Counted from the stretch's first letter, positions 25,834 through 37,992 are shown. The stretch: DNA of 64,000 nucleotides from Malacoraja senta (GCA_038087875.1 CM075977.1:161882001-161946000); one strand, 5' to 3'. Notes: generated by a model from the letters alone, not told the origin. Translations and numbers: made by a program.

Positions 25834-27528
25834 GGAAACAAGGAAATGGCAGACAAACTGAATACATTTTTTGCAGCAGTCTTCACAGTGTAAGATACCA
25901 ACAACCTACCAGAAATTCAAGCGAGTCAGGGGGCAGAAGTGAGTGCAATTGCAGTTACTATGGATAAGGTGCTTGGGAAGCTAAAAGGTCTGAAGATGGA
26001 TATGTCACATGGACTACACCCCAGATTCTGTAAGAGGTAGTTGTAGAGACTATGGAGGCATTAGTAGTAATCTTTCAAGAATCACAAGAGTCAGTAATGG
26101 TTCCAGAGGACTAAAAAAGTGCAAAGAAGGGAGCCAGGCAGAATAAATAAAATTATGGGCCAGTTAGTCTGACTTCAGTGGATGGTAAGATAACCACATA
26201 ATTAAGGGTGAGTTTTCGGGGTACTTGGCAGCACATGACAAATTAGGCTGAAGTCAGCATGGTTTTGTTAAGGGGGGATCCTGCCTAACAAATCTGTTGG
26301 AATTCTTTGAGGAAGTAACAAATAATATAGACAGAGGTGAATCAGTGGATGTCGTTTATTTGGATTTTGATAAGGCCTTCAATAAGGTGCCACACATGAG
26401 GCTGCTAAACAAGAAAAGAACCCATGACATTGGAGGGAGATACATGGATGGAAAGTTGGCTAAATGGCAGAAGGCAAAGAGTTGGAATAAAGAAGGTTTT
26501 TACTGATTGGCTGCCTGTGACTAGGACTGTTACACAGGGTTCGGTGTTGGGTCCACTAGTTTTCACATTACATATTAATAATTTGGATGATGAAATTGAT
26601 GGCTTTGTGGCGAAGTTTGTGGATGAATACTTAGATAGGTGGGTGGGCAGGTAGTATTGAGGAACCAAGAAGTCTGCAGAAAGACTTGGACAGGTTGAGA
26701 GAGTGGGCAAAGAAGTCACAAATGGAAGACAGAATAACAAAGTGCATTTTGGTAAAATCAATAAAGGTATAGACTATTTTCTAAATAGGGAAAGGATTCA
26801 GAAAATGAAGGTGCAAAGGGACTTGGGAGTGCTGGTACAAGATTCCCAAAAGGTTAATTTGCAGGCTGAGTCAATAGTAAGAAAGGTATATGCAATGTTA
26901 GCAATCAATTAGAGAGGACAAGAATATAAAAGCAAGGTGGTAATGCTGAGGTGCTGGTCAGACCACATTTGGAATATTGTGAGCAGTTTTAGGGCCCAAT
27001 ATCTGAGGAAGGATGTTCTGGTGTTCGACATTGTCCAGAGGAGGTTTATTAAAATGATCTTGGGGATGATTAGGTTAATGTATGAGGAACATTTGATGTT
27101 TCTAGGCCTGTACTCTCTGGAGTTTAGAAAGATGAGGGGGAATTTCACTGAAACCTACTGAATAATGAGATGCCTAAAGAGAGTGGAAGTGGTGAGGATG
27201 TTTCCAGTAGTGGGAGAATCTAGTACCAGAGATCATTGCCTCGGAATAAAAGAATGTACCTTTAGAATGGAGCTGAGGAGGAATTTATTTTGCCAGAAGG
27301 TGGTGTATCTGTAGAATTCATTGGCACAGATGGATGTGGAGGCCAAGTTATTGGGAATTTTGAAAGTGGAGATTGATGGGTTCTTGATTATTAAAGGTGA
27401 CATAGTTTACAGGGAGAAGGCAAGAGAATGGGGTTGAGAGGGAAAAATAGATCAGCCATGATCGAATGGCAGAGCCATTCTCTCTGGGCTGAATGGCCTA
27501 ATTCAGCTACTATGTCTCATGATCTAAT
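25834..27528 (+). mobile_element. CR1 LINE ORF2 (RT) 3' portion, degraded
   Basis: EFFEEVT...DVVYLDFDKAFNKVPH, QGSVLGPL, KFVDE and QRRFIKMI peptides in shifting frames, followed by a CR1 3'UTR. Confidence 0.92.
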
Positions 27529-27614
27529 GAATTTATCCATCAGCTGACCTGCTTATCTGCATTTTTGGTATATCTTCCAGAAGTGTACTTCCTCTCCATG
27601 CATCTCCCTTTCAT

Positions 27615-28075
27615 AAGAACATTAGGATACAAGAACTGGGAGCAACAACATGCCATTCGGTCCTTTAAATCTGCTTTTCCAATCCCCAACACCACAGGCT
27701 GATCTTCTACCTCAAGCCATTTTCTTCTGTGTCAATTGATTCCCTTAATAGCCAAAGTTTACCGGTCTTGAATGAACTCAGTGACAGTGTGTGCAGCCCT
27801 TTGGGATAGAAAACATTCACCACCAACTGAGTGAATAAGTCACTTTATTTATTTCCTAAATGTCCTCTCGTATTCTGAAATCGTGAAACCACTGTTTCTA
27901 GATTAATCGTCCATGGGAAGCTCTCCTTTCATCTAGCCTGCAAAGCTCTGCAAGAATTTTGTAAGTTTCAAAGAAATCTCTTCTCATTCTCCTGAATGCT
28001 GAAGAATATCCATCTAGCCTTCACAATCTCACCTTGTGAAGCAAACACGTTATCCCTGTAACCAGCCTAGTGACA
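27615..28075 (-). mobile_element. Old CR1 3' fragment
   Basis: Reverse complement of the CR1 3'UTR and C-terminus (gccattcgg...catctagcctg...ctcttctcattctcctgaa). Confidence 0.65.
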
Positions 28076-29895
28076 TCATGAAATATTCCATCAGACATCC
28101 AACCTGCATGTACAGTTTTGCATAAACAACTTTACGAATATTCCGATTTTTAAGAAATAAGTTTTAGCCATTTTTAGCTATTCTTGCAGCACAGTGCAAT
28201 GATGGTGGAAGACTTGTTCTTCATTGTCAAATGTAACATGCTGCTTTGATAAATTGAATGGGGTAAGTCAAATTATTAGGCAAGCTAAGAAGCTATAATG
28301 CAGCCAGTAATTGGTCATACTGCATCATTTCTACTACGACAATGGAGGTGTCATCTTATTCGACCCCTTCATTGAGCCGTGCCCTTTAACCACAAAGTCC
28401 TGCAAAGCAAATTTGTCAACTTTGATATAAATTGGTGATCCACTTTATTTCATTTTATATAGCAACGTCTGAATAATAATAACGAATAATAATGAATAAT
28501 AACAATGAATAATAGTACAAAATCACAACGTCAATGGATTACCTTACTAGACATTAATAGGACATTCTCCAACTGTTTTCTAATATATTTTGTTCCCCAT
28601 AAAACCCTTCATAGTTTGGTTTTACTTCCAGATCAGTGGGAAGGAGCCTGATAAACAATCATGTATCTGAAACATCAGTGGAGGGAGATCATCTGTCGAG
28701 TATATCTAGCATAAGTTTGCATTTGGTCCAGTAAACTGGACTTCCTTCAGATCCTTTCTATTTCATAAACTTATTTTACCGGCTGACATCTATAAGCTAA
28801 AAAAACACCCTGCCTGCATGGTGTTTTCCAATTACGTAGATAAAGTAGCAAACAGTCATGGTAATACCCCAAGGAATACAACTACAATTCAGCGTATTAA
28901 TCATCTTTTGATCAATCCATTCTATTAAAATTGACGAAATGCAGAACATATTACCACAAGAAGCAGACAATGCAAGATAAATTGTAGACCTTCGGAGTCT
29001 GTAAGGTGAGGTAAGAAAGATATAGTGGGGTGAGAAGGAGAATATATACCAACAGAAACAAAATAATCTGTTCCCGTACTATGGACCTTATGCAGCTCAA
29101 TAATTAAATATAGGATTTTGGCTATGTGGTTTAACTTGGTCAACTTTCCTTAAATGGAAAGTAGTCTTTGCATTCCAAGCCTGACATTCCCTGTACGTTA
29201 CACGATCAGTTGGTTTATACTAATTAGTTGAGCGTGATGTCAAAGAATCCTTTGAGTCTGATGTATTTCTTATGCCTTGCACCCAGGTCCCGGAAGAAAT
29301 TGTGTCATTTTTGTCCTCCCATAACTGCACGGGCAACTTGGCCATACACAATTAGGGGAAGGTTTGGTGTCTTGTCGTTGTTATCCACAGGATATCAGTT
29401 CTCTCCATTTTCAGCCATTATGTTCAACCTCATTGTCATAGGACTGAGATGAGGAAAACCTTTTTCACCCAGAGAGTTGTAAATCTGTGGAATTCTCTGC
29501 CACAGAAGGCAGTGGAGGCCAATTCACTGGATGTTTTCAAGAGAGAGTTAGATTTAGCTCTTAGGGCTAAAGCAGGGGTCGGCAACCTTGTTCTGCATAG
29601 GGGCCGGGACGCATGTCTGTGAGTGGATGGCGGGCCACATCTATCACGTGTACACATGGATCCCACCCCCATGCCACCCCGGATGGCAGGCATCAAATCA
29701 CGTGTTCACATAGATCCCGCACCTTCGAGGACGCCACCTGGAGCACTGGCCCCTAGTTACGGGCAACGATGGTTACTGGCGTTCACGAACATGGCGCACC
29801 TACGGACCATTGCCTTGGCTCTGTCCTGAAGGCGGTGGCTCAAATACTCATACTCACTCGTCCCCAGCCTATTGACAACCCCGATCCCGACAGTG

Positions 29896-30145
29896 TGTTT
29901 AAGAAAAAACTGCAGATGCTTGAAAAATCGAAGGTGGACAAAAAAGCTGGAGAAACTCAGCGGGTGAGGCAGCATCTATGGAGCGAATGAATAGGCGACG
30001 TTTCGGGTCAAGACCCTTCTTCAGGCTGGTCTCAGAGCAGTGTCAGCCGCTTCTGAAGAAGGGTCTCGACCCGAAATGTCGCCTATTCCTTCGCTCCATA
30101 GATGCTGCCTCACCCGCTGAGTTTCCTCAGCTTTTTTGTCTACCT
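29896..30145. mobile_element. PLE-derived palindromic element nested in the hAT element
   Basis: Near-perfect inverted arms. TSD ccgatcccgacagtg (29881-29895) / ccaatcctgacagtg (30146-30160) differs only at two CpG sites. Confidence 0.88.
29995..30026 (-). ncRNA. Minimal PLE-type hammerhead ribozyme motif
   Basis: Minus strand reads gc-CTGAAGA-a-GGGTC tt GACCC-GAAAC-GTC-gc: CUGANGA core, stem II, GAAA, palindromic ACGU stem III and GUC cleavage triplet, as described for PLE hammerheads. Stem I is only 2 bp here. Confidence 0.6.
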
Positions 30146-32269
30146 CCAATCCTGACAGTGAAGCCCAGAAGATGCACGGCTGTGCCGGCGGCTTTGCGCA
30201 GGATGTGGTACAGCCAGAGCTCGATGCTCCTCGGCAGCTCAGTGCAGCTCCGCCATTGCGGCTGCCAGCGCAGGCCTCCTTGCGTCACCGCGCCTCGGCG
30301 CCGCGGCCTCAGCCCGGGAGGTACCGGAGATGAAGGAAGTCGGCGGGCAGGATAAATACAGGGAAAAAAATATGCCTGCGGGCCGGATGATTTCGGGTTA
30401 CGGGCCGCATTCGGCCCGGGGGCCGTAGGTTGCCAACCCCTGGGATATGGGGATATGGGGAGAAGGCAGGAACGGGGTACTGATTTTGGATGATCAGCCA
30501 TGATCAAATTGATCCTACTCCTGCACCTATTTTCGAAGTTTCTATGTGCTTCACCAGCAAGGCAGCAGAACTAATGGCATGGCTGGGCAGAAGAGGTGCC
30601 CTTTCCATTCTATCCATGGGAGATTTAACTTATCTAGAATCTCCAGCCTGGAAGCTTTATCTCTGGCAAATGTCTCTCAAATTATCATCCATTGCATGAT
30701 AATCTGCAGTCTTGAGAGGCTGACGAGCAAGGAAATCCACAAATGGTTTGTGGGCACTAACATGGAAGCATCCACTTCCACATTGTGCTTAGCATGGCAA
30801 CTAGTGGACAACATTCAGAAAGCTTTGCTCTGAAAGCAATTCTCATGAGGGTTAAGATCACTAGAAAAGAAGCATGAAACATAAGTAATGCATTCTATTC
30901 AGTTACTGGAACAGTCTATCTCATTGAATAAGAAATTAATTTGGTCATTCTGCATTAATAAACATTTGCTCAATATATGAGACTCCTCTGATGGCGCGAG
31001 AATTATGTCACAAGCAAGCTGAGGAAAAGTCAATCAGTCAAGTAACACAATTTGACGGTGACCCAATAAGTTGTCTATCAAAAACAACTGAAGCTACTGC
31101 TGATGCTGGCTGGCTACATTGATTCCTTGCATCCACTTTCTTTATTGTTTTTCTCATTTTCCTTCCACTTTCAAGCATGATTACCTCCTGCACAGAAGAA
31201 AGATAAATGTGAAAAAAGATATAAAATAAAAAGTGGCTGGTTAAATGATGGTTATTTAATGTGTGGAAATGGTGTGCAGCCCCCATATAAGAATGAGTCA
31301 GTGATTCTTTCACTATTTTTTGCAGCTCTTCAAAGTTGGGCCTTTTGTTTGGGGAAAATAGGACATGTCTAAAGTTGGACAGAAAAAAAACTGGATTGAA
31401 GCAAAGTAACTGGTTTCTGGAGGATCATAAAATCACAGAAGATGTATACTTACAATGGTTTTGATATAAAGACAAAACATTCTTAACACATCATTAATCA
31501 GCTGTGGAGAAAGAAAGTTAATATTTAAAATCTATTCACTTTTAATTTTGAATTTAATTCTTTAAGGTTGTTATCTAGCAACTGGAAAAGTGATGTGTCA
31601 ATGATAGGAACTTGTGTTTAGCCATCACTATAAATGTCAGCTAATATTTGATTTGCTAATTCTTTATGCTGAGCCAAATCCAATGTGATTGTACTCCAGA
31701 AGCAGGAAGGAGATGTGAGCTACTACTTGATGGACCTCAAATCTTATTACTCTATTTTGTCACGAGAAGGTCTACTCTGGTAGTGGAAACTCGTGCAATT
31801 TGCCCAAAGAATAATGGGTGATTAACAATGCGGAAATAGTTTTCTAGGACCTAATACAAACCAGTCACAATATGCTTTATGATTGCTGTTTAATTTCTGC
31901 TGGAGCTTCAGATATTGACTGTACAGAAAGTACACGATTATGGTAGGAATCACACAGCATCATTTCATTAATATAATTCTGATCAGCTTCTTGTGGCCCT
32001 AATAAATAACCTTTAAGTCTTTAAGTCCAAAACTCTTTTGAACAGTTAGAAAAGGAAGATCAATCAGATTGTAAATTATAGAAATAATCCTCATAATTGA
32101 ATCTAAAGTTTCAGTCTATCTTGAACATTGCATAGCTCCCTTTGAATCAATCACTAATCCATCATTACTGTACTTAAAGCTCTGAAGGTTACTTTCATAT
32201 TTTATTATAAGCAAGACATGTTATTAGTTACCTAATTTAGTTGCTATTGGATGAGTTATTGCAAGACAT

Positions 32270-32460
32270 TAATCATAATCATCATAATCATAATAATACT
32301 TTATTAGCCAAGTATGTTTTGCAACATACAAGGAATTTCATTTGCCATACAGTCATACCAATAAAAGCAACAGAACACGCAAAATACATATTAACATAAA
32401 CATCCATCATAGTGACTCCTCCACATTCCTCACTGTGATGGAAGACAAAAAAAAGTTCAA
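32270..32460 (-). mobile_element. 5'-truncated non-autonomous retroposon with (TATGAT)n tail
   Basis: Shares its hairpin body with 9303-9358 and its 3' tail with the Rex1-like copy at 23506-23538. Confidence 0.65.
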
Positions 32461-33799
32461 AATAAGAAATTGTTACAAGACTGCACCTGCAGCTGAGTTT
32501 ATATCCACTTGTATATATAAAACATCATAATTTTTTTTTGCAAAGTTTTGCAGTTTCAGAGGTAAATCTTCCCAGAATTCTAATTTGTGCTGAAAAGTTG
32601 ATTTAATGTTATGCGGGGATGTTTCACCATAATTTTCTACATGACTCAGCACGTTGTGAGGGATAAGAAATTGTTTCATGTCATCAGGCTTAGAATCCAT
32701 TCAGAACCTTGTCTTCTAAGATTTGCACATTTGCCTAAAATTAATCTAATCCAACATATTTATCAATTAGCAAACAAAGCGTTTTGCATAAATTGGAGTA
32801 TTTAGCGACATTTTAAATCAAAAATAGTTTTTGCTCTCTATTAGATGTGCTAGCATTCGTCATTGTTCTGTCAACTATAATGCACTGCCACTTCATATAA
32901 AAACAGCTGACCTGTCTGGCGGAGAGTAAGAGGAAGATGAATTAAAGTAGTTAGAGAAAAGGGCAAAGAATGCTATAACTATGAGATTTGGAGCACAATT
33001 TCCTGGAAAGCTGAAATAAAGGGGAATTCTGGAAATACTTGAGCTTGGGTAGCATCAACAGAGGAAAAAAATGATTTCTTGTTGCAGGTGAATTTCCAGG
33101 GATCGGAACTGACACAAACAGGAAAGGCTGATTATCTGCAATTGTTGAATTCATTAATGAGTCCCAGGGGATGGAACATGCCCAGACAGATGATGAGGTG
33201 ACGCTCCTTGAGCTCGCAAGGGGCCTTGTTGAAACAGGGTTTACATGAGAAAGGGAGTAGTTGGTGGAGATGATGGTGTTAGCCAGGGAGTTGTGGTGGG
33301 AAAGGTTTCTTAAGAATACTGAAAAGGGAGAGGAAAATGTTTCTGGATCACATTGAAAGTGGCATATATTATGGACTATGAACCATTGGTTGTGGAAAAT
33401 GGTGAGGACAAGGACATGTCCTTGCTGTAGTTGGGAAAAAGTGAGAAAAGAAATGCAAGAAATAATGGTGGCATGGTTGAGGACCCAGGGAACTCTGGAT
33501 GAGGAGCAGCCATTTTATAACAAAGAGAAGATTTCTAACAAGGAGAACCATATTCATGGAAATTCAGTACAGAAATGACTGAGATAAAGAAAATAAAGCG
33601 CGGCAGAAGGTGTATCAAGATTGATGTGGGAGTCTGGCCTTATAATTAACATTGGTCACTAATCTATCTCCTAAGATTTCAATAAGACATCAAGGAAGTG
33701 TCCAAATCTGACCATATAAATGCAGGAGCAGAATGAAATTGGCAGCAAAGGTAACAAAATCTCAGTGTACCAGTGTAGGAAGCAGCACCAATACAATTA

Positions 33800-34990
33800 T
33801 GGAGTTGTGCAGCACAAAAACAAGTTATTTGGACCAACCTGCCCATCCTGACCAAGTTGTCTATCCAAGCAAGTCCCATTTGCTTGCATTTGGCCCATAT
33901 CCCTCACAACCTTTCCCACCCATGTTCCTGTCTAAATACCCGTACAACATTGTAATTGTAGCCATCTCACAGCTCCTTCTAGTGGCTCATTTCATATACC
34001 CACCACCCTCTGTGTGAAAAAGGAACCCTCGGGTCCCTTTCAAATATGTCCCCTCTCACCTTAAATCTATGCCTGCGTAGGAAAGATTGTACCTCCTCCA
34101 ACCTCATCTACTGTATCCGCTGTTCCAGGTGTCAACTTCCCTACATCGGCGAGACCAAACGCAGGCTCAGCGATCGTTTCGCTGAACACCCCCGCTCAGT
34201 CCGTCTTAACCTACCTGATCTCCCGGTGGCTCAGCACTTCAACTCCCCCTCCCATTCCCAATCCCAATCTGACCTTTCTGTCCTGGGCCTCCTCCATTGT
34301 CAGAGTGAGGCCCAGTGCAAATTGGAGGAACAGCACCTCATATTTCTCTTTATGAGTTCACACCCCAGTGGTATGAACATTGACTTCTCTACCTTCAGAT
34401 AGCCCTTGCTTTCCCAGTTCTCCTATTAGTCTTACTGTCTCTGACTACATTCTATCTTTGTCCCGCCCCCTCCCCTGACATCAGTCTGAAGAAAGGTCTC
34501 GACCCGAAACATCACCCATTCCTTCTCTCCAGAGATGCTGCCTGACCCGCTGAGTTACTCCAGCATTTTGTGTCTACCTTAAATCTATGCCTTCTATTTT
34601 TAGACTTCCCAACCTGGGAAAAAGACTGTGACCATTCATCTTACCCATTCCCCTCATGATTTTGTCATGTTACTCCTCAGCCGCCTGCACTTCAACGTAA
34701 AAAGTCCCAGCCTATCCAGATTTTCCTTATAATTCAAGCTCTCCAGTCCAAATAACATCCTTGTGAATCTTTCCTATATCCTTTCCTCCTAAATGACATC
34801 CTTCCTTCAGCTGGGCAACCAGTACTACACACAATACCCCAACGGTGTATCTCCTAACTCCTGTACTCAATACCCTGACCAATGAAGACAAGCGTGCCAA
34901 ATGCTTTCCCTACCACTCTCTGTCCATGTCTCCAATGTGTTCCTGTGCATGCAGTTGTCTCTGTTCTGCAACACTCCAGGGCCTATTCAT
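33800..34990 (-). mobile_element. CR1/HER1-like 3' fragment (interrupted at 34075-34575)
   Basis: Reverse complement of a CR1 3'UTR (cctgaccaag...agtcccatttgcttgcatttggcccatatccctc) and of the ORF2 C-terminus. Confidence 0.8.
34075..34575 (+). mobile_element. 5'-truncated Penelope-like element: GIY-YIG endonuclease C-terminus plus pseudo-LTR
   Basis: CTSSNLIYCIRCSRCQLPYIGETKRRLSDRFAEH...VAQHFN...LEEQHLIF...GMNIDF. Hammerhead-like ctgaagaaaggtctcgacccgaaac at 34486-34510. 17-bp TSD accttaaatctatgcct at 34058-34074 and 34576-34592. Confidence 0.92.
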
Positions 34991-36307
34991 TTTCTGTGAT
35001 CATTGTACTGGAAAAATATTTGAGATATGATGCTTGAGGAAGTCTGAAATGAGGGCTGTTCCACGTACCCCTTGAAATTTTCATGGCTCCCCCTCTCATT
35101 TGGAGAAAGTGAATGGAGTTGAAGAGGAAGTTGTTCAATGTAAGAATGAGTTCATCCACTCAAAGGAAGGTGATGGCAGCTGGCAGGGCATTGTTGAAGG
35201 GAATTAATTGAAATAATGGATATGACTGAAATGACATATCTTCAAATATTTATACATCTAAATAAATTTAAAATGTGCTTAGCAAGCTCAAGGATCTCCC
35301 TGATTAGTGTTTAATGGGTTTTGTAATTATCAGATTCCACACTATGTCAAACATACTGATCAATATAAAGATGAGTTATCCGTGCTAACAATAAAGGTCT
35401 CATTTAGAAAAGCAGCTTTTCATAACGCTTTGTGCTTTTGGGACAGATGATCCCAATCCCACTATATTTAAATTGTAAGGGTAAGAGATTTTAGCCGCAG
35501 AATCCTGCATTATGACTGAAGAATAATCTTGTTTGGTAAAGCAGATCTCTGACTGGATCAGCTGCAATCATCCCTGTGATTATTCTTTGTCCTGTTAGCA
35601 TGCTGTAGCTAATGCAAGTCACAGTACACCAAGTTTAAACATGATTTTTGTTTTACATGTGCACCCAATGCGTGCATGACTTTGGTAGCTACTGCAGCAC
35701 TGCCTATCATTTGCAGAATCTTCCTAATACGTTATGCCAGTCGATAGAAGGTAGTCATTAGTGTCCCCTTCCCCTTATGCTGTTGCTTTTAAACAAGTAA
35801 TTACATTTTTCTGCAAAGTTTAAATGTTACAACTGTAGGATGTAAATACTGTATTGGATTTTTGAATCGAATCTTCTAAAAACCTTCCTGATTTTGGAAT
35901 ATGAGAACATTAGCATCTAAGCACTGAATACCTTTGTATGAAATTGCTTACTTGTGTTTAGCAGATGTATCATCGATTTAAATTAATAATATTTTGCTTA
36001 ATTTAAATTTGCTACTCAAATACGGGGGATCCATGAGTTCTTTTAAAATAATTATTAAAATAATGGCTATGTGCTAAAATGAGCATATGTTAATCGTTGA
36101 GGGTTTTTAGACTAAATAGAGAATTAATGTTTAACATAATTAAAAATCTACTATGTACAAAATCTTTTGACAAATTGGCAGACAGCAAACCAGTTTCTTA
36201 TTTATTTCAAGTAAGGAGCAAGAATGCAGTGTACATTGCAGGATACAGTGTCTAAAGTGTGGATTATTTTCAAATAAATCATGTTATGCAATATAAATTT
36301 AAATAAA

Positions 36308-36640
36308 GGGCAGCATAATGGCTCAGCTAGTATAGCTCTGCCTCAGGGCTGTAGCGACCCAGGTTTGATCCTGACCCCTGGGTGCGCTCTGTGTGCAATT
36401 ATCCCTGTGATTTTGTGGGTTTCCTCTCACATCCAAAGAAGAGGAAGTTGGTAGCTTAATTGGCCACTGTAAATTGCCTCTTGTATGCAGGTGTATGGTA
36501 GTATCTGCGAGGAGAGGTCAATTGATTGAAATGGAATAAGAATAAAATGGATTAAGATTTGTGTAAAGATGTGTGTTTGATTGGTGATGCAGACTCAGTT
36601 GGCCAGAGTATCTGTTCCTATGCTATGTTTCTCTATGACC
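36308..36640 (+). mobile_element. Degenerate V-SINE (HE1-like)
   Basis: tRNA-like head (tggctcagctag; ggtttgatcc), V-domain remnant gtgggtttcctctcacatccaaaga, and CR1-like tail. Confidence 0.7.
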
Positions 36641-36654
36641 CTATAATTGATTTG

Positions 36655-36716
36655 ATTTTACTTCGGAGTCACGTGAGTGATTCCGTGAAGAACCCCGCCA
36701 GTCGGTATGTGCGTCA
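36655..36716 (+). repeat. DIRS left inverted terminal repeat (probable internal promoter)
   Basis: cgtgaagaaccccgccagtcggtatgtgcgtca (36684-36716) is the reverse complement of 41300-41332 with 2 mismatches. It contains an E-box GTCACGTGA and a GC-box CCCCGCC. The promoter role is inferred. Confidence 0.9.
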
Positions 36717-36862
36717 TTACGTCTGACGCATGGGGCAGCGACCAGCTCGGAGGTGCAGCGCTCCTCCAGCAGTAAGTTTTAAAAGCCTCAGGTAAGTGTC
36801 AAACTTAGTCGGAGGTCGTTTCTGCGCTTGTTAAATCTTGTTACAGGAGGGCAAGTCCAAGC

Positions 36863-37992
36863 ATGGAGAAATCGTTGAGAGCAAGGCGAGCCGTTGCGAA
36901 AGTAACTAAGGACCGCGGGAGTGTGGGTAGCGGGCGGCCGCCTAGTTCATCTACCGAGTCGCTAATAGTAAAACCAGCGACTGCAGACTTGGCGTAAAGC
37001 CACCAGGAAGTCTGTACGGCCGATGGACTCGGACGAGTCTGGTCTGGAGGGTTCCCCTCCGAGAATGGATACCGTGTTTGGTCGGTTATCCAGGATGGAG
37101 CTCCTTATGGAGGGGATGATCCATCAAGAGCACCGGCCTCTCCAAGAGCCCGTGCCAGCGGCACCTACTACAGGGCTGCCTAATGTCTCTCTCTTGGAGG
37201 AGGAGAGCATAACGGGTCAGTATGAGTCTGACACCGAGTCTGTAGGCTTAGCATTGGAGGCTGCCCCAAGGGACGAAGGGCACGAGCCGGAGGTCCCATT
37301 CCTGGCAGCAAGATTTGCCGTCCCGACAGATTCCGGAGAGCCGCTGGGTGAAGAATTGGCTGCCACAATAAATTACTTGGCCTCACACCAGCTTCAGGAG
37401 CTGACCATGGATGCAACAGCTAGGAAATATGACACACCGGCTAATTGTATCCTGCTTAAAGTGCTGGCAGTAAACCATGCCATCTGGGGCCATATGGGAG
37501 TAGGCATCAGGGCGCAGGAGATGAAGCTGCAAAGGGTACTGAAGCTACTCGCTTCCGGCATTCCGGCATTCGGGAGGTCGGTGGATGGTGGGCACCTGAC
37601 TGAGGTTCAGCAGGATGCCCTGGCTCTCATGTGCAATGCGCACTTTGCGATAAACTGCCTTAGAAAGAGCGCCATCCGCCCTACAATCAACCCAAAATTC
37701 GCTGCCCTGTGTAAGCCCAGCAACGTCCAGCCACCAAATCTTTTGTTCGGGGAAGACCTCGCAAAACGGGGGAAGGAGCTGGACGACAAGGCAAAAACTG
37801 GCGGGCCCATTAAGGTGCCAATGACCAGCAGAACCCTTCGGAGGCAGCACCCCTACAAGCGGTTTGCCGAAACCGGGTCCGGGCAAGGACCAAGCCGGCC
37901 ATTCAATATGCGCAGCTGGCGCACTCCAGCAGGAGCACGAGCAAACATGACTTTTCCCACCAGAACCTGGGGACAAAGAACTCCACCGGTAA
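36863..37992 (+). pseudogene. DIRS ORF1 (gag-like), frameshifted
   Basis: Strong-context ATG (agcATGg) at 36863 reads MEKSLRARRAVAK... then shifts frame near 36990 into the 37023 ORF (KYDTPANC..L...VNHAIW...LRKSAIRPTINP...LLFGEDL). The probable original stop is TAA 37990-37992. Confidence 0.8.

Larger units (their letters stand above)
29573..30442. mobile_element. Non-autonomous hAT (Charlie-like) DNA transposon
   Basis: 16-bp TIRs caggggtcggcaacct / aggttgccaacccctg (1 mismatch) and subterminal gcgggccg repeats typical of Charlie-type elements. Confidence 0.85.
29436..30545 (+). mobile_element. CR1 3' end (29436-29572 and 30443-30545) interrupted by a hAT element
   Basis: RTEMRKTFFTQRVVNLWNSLPQKAVEA before the insert; ggatatggggagaaggcaggaacggggtactga after it. 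Confidence 0.9.
33020..35200 (-). mobile_element. Old Penelope-like element (RT and GIY-YIG remnants) split by later insertions (33020-33800 and 34995-35200)
   Basis: Minus-strand remnants ELILTLNNFLFNS..FLQM (35095-35155), CIGAAS...FHSAPAFIWS (33705-33798), and a degenerate GIY-YIG C-terminus near 33140-33215. Confidence 0.7.

Noticed and set aside
24923-25867. Gly/Val-rich and Pro-rich ORFs of 130-216 aa
   Set aside because: Artefacts of the G-rich low-complexity tract, which lacks stop codons on both strands.
37180-37976. Antisense ORFs within DIRS gag
   Set aside because: Shadow ORFs of GC-rich coding sequence with no motifs.
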